Source of the DNA: Ruminococcus flavefaciens
GTDB lineage: Bacteria > Bacillota > Clostridia > Oscillospirales > Ruminococcaceae
NCBI GenBank assembly: GCA_004554385.1
Contig: SFMO01000143.1
Span: 7,051-71,050, forward strand
Reading direction: 5' to 3'
Length of the DNA: 64,000 bases
Shown: one piece after another, positions 37,297 through 44,984 of the stretch
Layout of the letters: each line of letters starts with the position of its first letter
Position numbering within the stretch: position 1 is the stretch's first letter
Notes under the pieces: generated by a model
The model's database searches: none
Told to the model about the DNA's origin: nothing
What the model saw: only the letters and a program-made list of their open reading frames with translations
Program-made: the position numbers and the translations under genes

Positions 37297-38898
37297 CTGA
37301 AAAAGCAAAACTTCATAAAGGGCTCGATAATACTGATGTTATCGGCGGCTGCGGCAAAGCTTCTGGGGGCGGTATTCAAGATCCCCCTTACAAATATTCT
37401 CGGCGGAGTGGGCATGAGCTATTTCAGCTGTGCGTACAGTCTTTTCATGCCTGTGTATGCACTTGCGGTAACGGGGCTAAGCTCTGCGGCGGCAAAGATG
37501 ACAGCGGAGAGTACAGCGCTTGGAATGTACAGAAATGCGGCAAAGGTGAGGAAAACCGCCCTCGGACTGTTCTCGGCAGTGGGACTTTGCGGAAGTCTTC
37601 TGATATTTCTGCTTGCCAAGCCCTTCAGCACTTACATTATCGGAATGCCCGAAGCCTCGGCAGCTGTGGCGATGATAGCGCCTGCCGTATTTTTCGGCTG
37701 TATAACAGCTGTTGAGAGGGGCTGCTATGAAGGCATGAGCAATATGTACCCCACGGCATTCTCACAGCTTGTGGAAGGCATGGTAAAGGCAGGGGCAGGG
37801 CTTCTGCTGTGCGGCTTTGTCGCGTCACACCCTCGGACGGTACTGAGGCTATTTCCCTTTGTGACTGATATACGTGCGGCAGCAGCTGCTGCAGGAATAC
37901 TCGGCGTTACCCTTTCAACGGCAGGAGCGGCATTGTTTTTCGGTGTAATGGCTCTTTTCAGGAACAGGGTACGAGGCGGCGAGGAGCATGTTATGAGTGG
38001 GAGAGCTATCATTCGCGAGCTGACGGCGACGGCTCTGCCTGTGGGAATAAGCTCCGTTGTGACTAACCTTACGGCGCTGACAGATATGTGGACTGTCATA
38101 GGCTGCATTTCACATTTTGGCTATCCGTCGGCAGTTCCCGAGGGGATAGCCGCAGATGAGCTTCCGCATTTCATATACGGTTCCTTTGCAGGGATAGCGC
38201 TGACAGTCTTCAATCTGGTGCCTTCGGTTACGAATATGCTTGGCAAGGGCGCACTCACCTGTATTGCTTCTGCGCGGGGGAGCGGTGACATACAGGCTCT
38301 TGAGCAGGGAACATTGCAGGCATTGCTTTCGGCTGCGGTCATAGCTGTGCCTGCGGCGGCAGGGCTCGGAGTACTTTCCCCCGAGGTGCTTGGATTTCTT
38401 TATCCCAGACAGTCGGACGAGACGGCAGTATGCGTAAATGCTCTGCGGTATCTCATGGCAGGCATGGTCTGCCTGTGTGTATCCTTTCCGCTGTTCAGTA
38501 TGCTTCAGGCGGTTGGGAAGGCTTCTGCGCCATTAAAGATAATGCTTGCAGGGACGGGGGTAAAGCTTGCGGGAAATCTTCTGCTCATACCTGTTATGGG
38601 CGTTGACGGCGCGGCACTTTCCACAACATTATGCTATGGGCTGATACTTGCGGCATCACTTCGCGTTTACATAAGGGCTTCGGGAGTAAGGCTTGAATTT
38701 GTGCCATTTGGCAAGGTCATCTACGCCGGAGCTATGTGCGGCGGAGCGGCTTTTCTTGCGGCGGAGGCATTGCGGCGCAGGTCGGCGCCTTATGCGGTGA
38801 TACTGGGAGTATCGGCGGCTGTGGGGGGAGCTGTCTATATTATCCTTGTACTTGCCCTCATAGGCGGCAAAAAAATAAGCAGTAAGCATAACGGATGA
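37297..38898 (+). CDS. SpoVB/YabM-like MOP flippase (polysaccharide or lipid II exporter), probable CTG start
   Basis: In-frame extension gives (M)KKQNFIKGSIILM..., the family N-terminus; GGAGG lies 8 nt before CTG at 37297; about 14 TM segments. Confidence 0.85.
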   Translation: MKKQNFIKGSIILMLSAAAAKLLGAVFKIPLTNILGGVGMSYFSCAYSLFMPVYALAVTGLSSAAAKMTAESTALGMYRNAAKVRKTALGLFSAVGLCGSLLIFLLAKPFSTYIIGMPEASAAVAMIAPAVFFGCITAVERGCYEGMSNMYPTAFSQLVEGMVKAGAGLLLCGFVASHPRTVLRLFPFVTDIRAAAAAAGILGVTLSTAGAALFFGVMALFRNRVRGGEEHVMSGRAIIRELTATALPVGISSVVTNLTALTDMWTVIGCISHFGYPSAVPEGIAADELPHFIYGSFAGIALTVFNLVPSVTNMLGKGALTCIASARGSGDIQALEQGTLQALLSAAVIAVPAAAGLGVLSPEVLGFLYPRQSDETAVCVNALRYLMAGMVCLCVSFPLFSMLQAVGKASAPLKIMLAGTGVKLAGNLLLIPVMGVDGAALSTTLCYGLILAASLRVYIRASGVRLEFVPFGKVIYAGAMCGGAAFLAAEALRRRSAPYAVILGVSAAVGGAVYIILVLALIGGKKISSKHNG

Positions 38899-38929
38899 GG
38901 TGCCGTAACTGCTTACTGCTTATTGAGAT

Positions 38930-39367
38930 TCAGATGCAATAGTCTCCGCCGCTGTCGTCTTTTCTGCGGGCGATAATATCGCTGAGGGTTATGCCGTCAA
39001 GGTAATCGGTTATAGTCTTGAAGAGACCTTCCCATATGAACAGGGTAGAGCAGTCGCCTGCTCTCGGACATTCATTGGGTTCGAATTCAAGGCATGCCAC
39101 GGGAGCAAGACTGCCCTCTGTAGCTCTGAGAACGTCGCCGACAGTTATTTCGTCCGCTGTGCCTGAGAGCATATATCCGCCCTTGTTGCCGCGGTTCGTT
39201 CTTAAAAGACCTGTTTTGTTGAGCAGGGGAACTATCTGCTCGAGGTATTTTTTCGATATTCCCTGTCTATCCGCAATATCTTTAAGGGATACATAGCCTT
39301 CATCGTGATGCAGTGCGAGGTCGTAAAGCATTCTGAGAGCGTATCTGCCTTTCGTGGATATTTTCAT
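38930..39367 (-). CDS. Rrf2 family regulator (CymR/IscR-like)
   Basis: MKISTKGRYALR, ISKKYLEQI, RGNKGGY, three Cys (C..C..C); close to cysK. Confidence 0.93.
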   Translation of the reverse strand: MKISTKGRYALRMLYDLALHHDEGYVSLKDIADRQGISKKYLEQIVPLLNKTGLLRTNRGNKGGYMLSGTADEITVGDVLRATEGSLAPVACLEFEPNECPRAGDCSTLFIWEGLFKTITDYLDGITLSDIIARRKDDSGGDYCI

Positions 39368-39403
39368 TTATACACGTCCTTTCGCGTAGTTCGAATATAT
39401 ATT

Positions 39404-39432
39404 ATTATACCATAGGTTTAGTATGTTTTCAA
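39404..39432 (-). promoter_or_regulatory. Rrf2 gene promoter with overlapping putative operator (39410-39428)
   Basis: Minus-strand TTGAAA-17-TATAAT; ccataggtttagtatgttt matches 41387-41405 at 16 of 19 positions. Confidence 0.7.
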
Positions 39433-39623
39433 GTGGAAATCTCAAAAATGCCTTATATATTCTGTATATCCGCGTATTTCAGCTGTCAGGCTTGACATTG
39501 TTATGATAGTTGTGCTATACTATAATATGCAGAAAAATCAGAGAAAACTCCCGTTCTGACGCTGAGACGGGAGATGCATTTCAAGCCCTTCTGCGGCTTT
39601 TGAACAATTCGGAGGATATAACA

Positions 39624-40235
39624 ATGAAAAAAACAGGTTTCTTTGCAGTACTTCTTGCAGCAACGATCACAGCAGGTGCTTTTGCAGGCTGTTCAGATAA
39701 AAACGAAAGCTCCTTATCAAGACCGCCCCGTACTTCGTCGGAGAGTACACAGATGGACCATGATGAGATAGGCTCTAATGTGATAAAGGGAGAGATAGGC
39801 AAGGAGGTAACCGAAAACGATACCTCGTTTACTCTTAATTCCGTTATCAGTGCAAAGAATGATACAGGCGAGCAGTTCATTTACATGGACATAACCCTGA
39901 GAAACAGCACTGCCAACGCTTATACTCTCAGCACCCTTAATAACCTTTATATAGAGGTTCCGGGCAGCTCAGGCATCATCACTTCCGATGTCCGTACACA
40001 GCTCTATGCGAAGCAGAACTTCAAGGATACCAAGTTCTATGAGGATCCCTTTGATATTCCCTCAAACGGACAGTTCAGCGGTATTATAGGCGGATTTGCC
40101 ATAGAAGGCGATGTTAGTGAGTTCACTCTCGGCTTCTATCCTACAGGAGATGACCCGAATGCAAAGGGCACTGTTATCAAGTATGATATAACAGCTGCTG
40201 ATCTTGCAGCTCCGTCAGCTGAGATACTTAAATAA
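39624..40235 (+). CDS. Lipoprotein, DUF4352-like Ig-fold
   Basis: RBS GGAGG; lipobox FAGC; beta-rich C-terminal domain. Confidence 0.75.
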   Translation: MKKTGFFAVLLAATITAGAFAGCSDKNESSLSRPPRTSSESTQMDHDEIGSNVIKGEIGKEVTENDTSFTLNSVISAKNDTGEQFIYMDITLRNSTANAYTLSTLNNLYIEVPGSSGIITSDVRTQLYAKQNFKDTKFYEDPFDIPSNGQFSGIIGGFAIEGDVSEFTLGFYPTGDDPNAKGTVIKYDITAADLAAPSAEILK

Positions 40236-40242
40236 AGATTTT

Positions 40243-40301
40243 GAGCCCGAGGCAGAAGCCCCGGGCTTTTTTAGTGAAAAGCCGCTGCGATTAGCAGCGG
40301 C
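40243..40301. terminator. Pair of terminators for convergent genes
   Basis: gagcccg..cgggctttttt (+) and aaaagccgctgc..gcagcggc (-). Confidence 0.8.
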
Positions 40302-40330
40302 CTCAGAGATGTATATGGTAAAATAAGGTA

Positions 40331-41257
40331 TTATTCAAACATAGGAGTAGAGAGGTAGCGCTCACCTGTATCAGGGAGAAGTGCCACAATAGTCTTGCCC
40401 TTGTTCTCGGGACGCTTAGCAAGCTGGATAGCAGCCCAGACTGCCGCACCTGAGGAAATGCCCACAAGTACGCCCTCTGTTCTTGCGATAGCTCTGCCTG
40501 TTTCAAATGCATCCTCGTTGGAAACGGGGATTATCTCATCATAGATATTTGTATTGAGAGTTTCGGGAACGAAGCCTGCTCCTATACCCTGTATCTTGTG
40601 AGGACCTGCTGTGCCCTCGGAGAGAACAGGGGAGCTCTTTGGCTCAACGGCAACTACCTTTACATCGGGATTCTTTGATTTGAGGTATGCGCCTGTACCG
40701 CTGACAGTACCGCCTGTACCTACACCTGCAACGAATATATCCACCTTTCCGTCGGTATCGTCCCATATCTCAACGCCTGTGGTCTTTTCGTGGATAGCAG
40801 GGTTTGCAGGGTTTGTGAACTGCGAAGGGATAAAGCTGTTTGGTATCTCCTGAGCAAGCTCGTCAGCTTTTGCGATAGCGCCCTTCATGCCCTTTGAGCC
40901 GTCTGTGAGCACAAGCTCTGCACCATAAGCCTTCATAAGGTTGCGGCGCTCGATGCTCATGGTCTCAGGCATAGTGATGATAAGTCTGTAGCCTCTTGAA
41001 GCTGCCACAGAAGCAAGACCGATACCTGTGTTTCCGCTGGTAGGCTCGATTATAACACTGCCCTCCTTGAGAAGTCCCTTAGCCTCGGCGTCATCAATCA
41101 TAGCCTTTGCGATCCTGTCTTTTACGCTTCCTGCGGGATTGAAGTATTCAAGCTTTGCAAGAACGGTTGCGCCAAGCTCGTGGGCGTTTTCGAGGTTTAC
41201 AAGCTCCAGAAGCGGAGTTCCGCCGATAAGGTCTGTTATCTTCTTATAAGTTTTCAT
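40331..41257 (-). CDS. cysK: Cysteine synthase A
   Basis: [47 protein letters not shown]. Confidence 0.98.
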   Translation of the reverse strand: MKTYKKITDLIGGTPLLELVNLENAHELGATVLAKLEYFNPAGSVKDRIAKAMIDDAEAKGLLKEGSVIIEPTSGNTGIGLASVAASRGYRLIITMPETMSIERRNLMKAYGAELVLTDGSKGMKGAIAKADELAQEIPNSFIPSQFTNPANPAIHEKTTGVEIWDDTDGKVDIFVAGVGTGGTVSGTGAYLKSKNPDVKVVAVEPKSSPVLSEGTAGPHKIQGIGAGFVPETLNTNIYDEIIPVSNEDAFETGRAIARTEGVLVGISSGAAVWAAIQLAKRPENKGKTIVALLPDTGERYLSTPMFE

Positions 41258-41321
41258 AAAAATTGATCTCCTTTACATAGTTATTGATAAAAAGTACGTG
41301 CCTGTGGAAAAATGACCAGCG

Positions 41322-41351
41322 TCAACATCGTCTGAGAATTGATATGAACAT
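41322..41351 (-). CDS. Putative leader peptide MFISILRRC upstream of cysK
   Basis: ATG at 41351 with RBS GAGGTG 7 nt upstream; lies inside the cysK leader; last sense codon is Cys. Confidence 0.5.
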   Translation of the reverse strand: MFISILRRC

Positions 41352-41386
41352 GGTATAGCACCTCTTGAATATTTTTTCTATATCAC

Positions 41387-41436
41387 CTATATGTTTGGTA
41401 TGTTTATATTATAACAGCAAAATTTACATTTGTCAA
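41387..41436 (-). promoter_or_regulatory. cysK promoter and putative Rrf2/CymR operator
   Basis: Minus-strand TTGACA(41436-41431)-17-TATAAT(41413-41408); operator-like 41387-41405 covers the expected start site. Confidence 0.8.
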
Positions 41437-41446
41437 CCCTTTTTTT

Positions 41447-41482
41447 AAAAAATAAAATCGCGTCCCGTTTTTCGGGACGCGA
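41447..41482 (-). terminator. Terminator after the lipoprotein gene
   Basis: tcgcgtcccg-N5-cgggacgcga followed by a T-rich tract on the minus strand. Confidence 0.8.
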
Positions 41483-41512
41483 ACCTGACTGCGGGGGCTG
41501 CCCGCTGCGCTT

Positions 41513-42406
41513 TTAGTTTGGCTTTGAACCTGTCTGAGTTCTCTTTGCAAATTCTGAGAATTCGCCTGAAGGATAGATCTCCTTGACTTCCATAGCATTT
41601 GAATCGTAGTATACCCATACGAGCATTGCTGCGAGACCGGGATTGTTTTTGAGGTTGATGTGATATACTACCTCATCGCCGGGCTTTGCGGAAACATTAT
41701 CACCGTATGCAACGAAGCCGTTTTCAGAAGAAACGTCCTGAGGGTCGATGCTGCCGCCGACTCTGATCTTACCCTGGATAACCTTGTCGGGAGCAAGTGA
41801 CTTTCCTGCAACAGTAGCAAAGTCAGGGTTGAAGTTTACAGCGTAATCCTTCTCTGGGATATTGTCCTTGAGCTTGAATACTACCTCGATGAAGTCGTTG
41901 TTGAAGATATAGTCGGTATCCTTTGAGATGTCAAGCCACATACAGTATCTGCTGTCTGTCTTGCTTGTATAATTTTCAGAGCTGCTTGTATCCTTTGTGA
42001 CGATCTGAGTAACTACTGCGCCGTTTGCGTCTGTAGCCTTTTCGCCGTTAGCTTCTGTGACCTCAACTACCTCTGTAGCAGCCTGAGTTGTTGACTTTGT
42101 CTGAGGATCAGCTGAATCGAGGTCTACATTGCCATCAGGAGGTGTGATGCCCTGTGCAGCAAGATCGGCAGGAGAACCTGTCTGGAAAGGTGTTACGACT
42201 ACAGCACCGCTGGCATTTTCGATGTTTTCAAGGGTGCTGATGTCAGCGCTATCCTGCTGTGAAGAGCTGTTTGCTGAATTGCCTGAAGAAGTTTTATTGC
42301 TGCCTGTGGAACTTCCTGCTTCCTTCTTTGAGCATGAAGCGGCAGATGTAATCGCTACGCATGCAACAGCAGCGAGAGCGATGGCTTTTTTTCTGAAATC
42401 AGTCAT
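41513..42406 (-). CDS. Lipoprotein with long Ser/Thr linker and an apparently circularly permuted cohesin domain
   Basis: Lipobox AASC; FIEVVFKLKDNIPEKDYAV...GKIRVG precedes GDNVSAKPGDEV...NNPGLAAM...YYD...SGEF. Confidence 0.75.
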   Translation of the reverse strand: MTDFRKKAIALAAVACVAITSAASCSKKEAGSSTGSNKTSSGNSANSSSQQDSADISTLENIENASGAVVVTPFQTGSPADLAAQGITPPDGNVDLDSADPQTKSTTQAATEVVEVTEANGEKATDANGAVVTQIVTKDTSSSENYTSKTDSRYCMWLDISKDTDYIFNNDFIEVVFKLKDNIPEKDYAVNFNPDFATVAGKSLAPDKVIQGKIRVGGSIDPQDVSSENGFVAYGDNVSAKPGDEVVYHINLKNNPGLAAMLVWVYYDSNAMEVKEIYPSGEFSEFAKRTQTGSKPN

Positions 42407-42796
42407 AGTTTTGCGTCCTTTCATATGAAGGTTTTTATTTTTTTACGCAGAGAATGTACTCTGCTAAGCTTACTCTAATTATACACAAGCGAAAATAATT
42501 TGTCAAGACAAAGTCGGAATTGTAATCAATTGTTTGACAAAAGGTCACACATCTGCCACGTTAATTTCACCGTTTTGTCATCTTCTTGTACGGTAAAATG
42601 TGCTTTTTATCGGCAGAATAATAAAAAAATGCTGACCAGAGGACGCATATTAGTAAAAATCATGTATTGCAAATGGCGGATTTACGTGATATAATTATAA
42701 TAAGTGTTTATATATTGTCTTTCCGCAGTGGAAAAGGGGGGAAGGACAGGTTTCTTTTTGGGAATCCGATAAACAATGATGAAAGGACATCTGGCA

Positions 42797-44848
42797 ATGA
42801 AGAGATCTGCAATGGCGCTGCTGACAGCCGCTGCAATGCTGCTTACGGGTGTGTCATGCGCGAAGAAAGGTGGTTCTTCTGAAGTGTCTGAGAAAGAAAA
42901 AAATACAGACGTGCAGGAGACGACCACTATTACCGAGGAGGAAACTACAGAGATGGCGACCGAGCATAAAAGCCCAGTTGAGACCGTTTCGGCAACTCTT
43001 GGCTCACAGATCACCGCAGACAGAGTGATCGGACGTGCCGAGGGCAGTAATACGATCAAGTTCCCGCTTGCTGACCTTATCGAGGAGGGCGACAGAGTCG
43101 ATTCGTTCACTTTTACCATTTATTCGGGCGACGGTGGGGATATCGGAGAGTTCAAGGGCGGATGCGGCATATCCGTTGACGATAAGTGCCCTGCGGCAAC
43201 TACTAAGGGATGGTATCAGTCAGGAGATTTCTCAGCGCCCACTGAGGGCAGCTATGGCGAGATCACATGGAAGGTACCCGAAGAGCTGAAGGATCATATC
43301 CATGAGGGCGGCGAAGTCCTTTTCGGCTACTGGTGGGGAAATACTGAAAGCCTGAGGATAGACAACGTGGTGTGCAGGTTCGACAGGACAAGAGATGTGC
43401 CTGTTGACGGTACTGTGTCTGCCGAGGTCGGCAAGTCGGTGAGCTTTTCTGATGCCGACAACAGAGTGCATATCCCTCTTGACTTTATCCCTGAGGGCAT
43501 GGTGCCCGAGGTAGTGAACTTCAACGTGAGCACAACGGGAAGCTTCGGAAAATTCACGGGCGCTTACGGCATAAGCTCTACAGCAGGAGATTTTCAGTCG
43601 GGAGATGTGTCACTGTTTACCGACAGCTCAGAGCTCACGCTCACATGGTTCGTGCCTGACAAGGCAAAGGGCTGTATGGCATCGGATAACGAGCTGCAGC
43701 TTGGATACTGGTGGAGCGATCAGCCAACCCTCACTGTCAACAGTGTGGAGGTTAAATACAGCGTAGGCGGAGGCTACTATCCTGCGCCCACAAAGGTGGA
43801 AGTGCCAACTATGGAGGCTGCTACGGAGTCATCCGAGGGTACGGCTGCCTTCAGAAGCGCTTCGGAAATAGTTTCAAAGATCAGGGTGGGCTGGAATTTA
43901 GGCAACACTCTTGAAAGCTACAATACAGGAAGATCAGGACTCGATACCGAAACAGGCTGGGGAAATCCCAGAACTACAAGGGATATGCTTAAGTCGGTAA
44001 AGGCAGCAGGCTTCAATGCCGTCAGAATACCGATAACATGGTCTGAGCATATGAACGAGACAAGTATTCAGAAGGAATGGCTCGACAGAGTTCAGGAGGT
44101 CGTTGATTACGCTTATGACGAAGGCTTGTTCGTTATCATTAATATGCACCACGATGACTATATCTGGTTCGATCCTCAGCCCGGCTCCTTCAACGGCGAC
44201 AGCATGCGACTTGAGAATATCTGGGAGCAGGTCTGCGAGCGTTTTGCAGATTATGACGACAGACTTATCTTTGAGGGCATGAACGAGCCGAGAACAGTGG
44301 GTTCATCTATGGAATGGATGGGCGGAACCAAGGAAGAGAGAAACACCGTAAGCAAGTACGCAAAGAGCTTTGTGGATACAGTACGTGCAAGCGGCGGCAA
44401 GAATGCCGACAGAACCCTTATCGTTACCACATATGCGGCTTCTGCCGACAGTGTTGCTCTGAACGATATGGCGGTCCCCAGCGGCAAGAACATCGTGCTG
44501 TCTGTTCACTATTATGCTCCGTGGAAGTTCTCTGAGGGAACTGAAACCACATTTACTCCAAGCGGCGAGAGCGAGCTTGATGGCAAGTTCACAGAGCTGA
44601 GACAGAAGTTCGTAGATAAGGGCATACCTGTTCTCATATGTGAGTTCGGCTGCGTTCACGGCGCTGACGAGGCTACAAGAAGCAGATACTATTCATACTA
44701 CATAAGCGCTGCCAAGAAGCAGGGTATAAAGTGCTTCATCTGGGATAACGGCAAGTTCAGCGGCGAGTCCAGCTTCGGTGTGTTCAACAGAGCTGAGATG
44801 AAGTGGGACGGAGCTATACTGAAGGCTGTTATGGAGGGGGCTAAGTAA
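42797..44848 (+). CDS. Lipoprotein GH5 endoglucanase (GH5_4-like) with two N-terminal CBM79-like modules; no dockerin
   Basis: Lipobox GVSC; GWNLGNTLE, VRIPITW, NMHHD, catalytic NEP and EFG; two repeats with G.F.G..GIS..TW.VP..GYWW. Confidence 0.9.
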   Translation: MKRSAMALLTAAAMLLTGVSCAKKGGSSEVSEKEKNTDVQETTTITEEETTEMATEHKSPVETVSATLGSQITADRVIGRAEGSNTIKFPLADLIEEGDRVDSFTFTIYSGDGGDIGEFKGGCGISVDDKCPAATTKGWYQSGDFSAPTEGSYGEITWKVPEELKDHIHEGGEVLFGYWWGNTESLRIDNVVCRFDRTRDVPVDGTVSAEVGKSVSFSDADNRVHIPLDFIPEGMVPEVVNFNVSTTGSFGKFTGAYGISSTAGDFQSGDVSLFTDSSELTLTWFVPDKAKGCMASDNELQLGYWWSDQPTLTVNSVEVKYSVGGGYYPAPTKVEVPTMEAATESSEGTAAFRSASEIVSKIRVGWNLGNTLESYNTGRSGLDTETGWGNPRTTRDMLKSVKAAGFNAVRIPITWSEHMNETSIQKEWLDRVQEVVDYAYDEGLFVIINMHHDDYIWFDPQPGSFNGDSMRLENIWEQVCERFADYDDRLIFEGMNEPRTVGSSMEWMGGTKEERNTVSKYAKSFVDTVRASGGKNADRTLIVTTYAASADSVALNDMAVPSGKNIVLSVHYYAPWKFSEGTETTFTPSGESELDGKFTELRQKFVDKGIPVLICEFGCVHGADEATRSRYYSYYISAAKKQGIKCFIWDNGKFSGESSFGVFNRAEMKWDGAILKAVMEGAK

Positions 44849-44984
44849 CCTGACAGACAGCATCTGCTGCGGCAGATCTTTCCGCTTGACATCATAAATC
44901 ATCTATAATATACTACATATGACAGACCGCGGTGCATTGGCACTTCGGTCAAAGGATACAGCATACTTAAGGAGGATATATATT

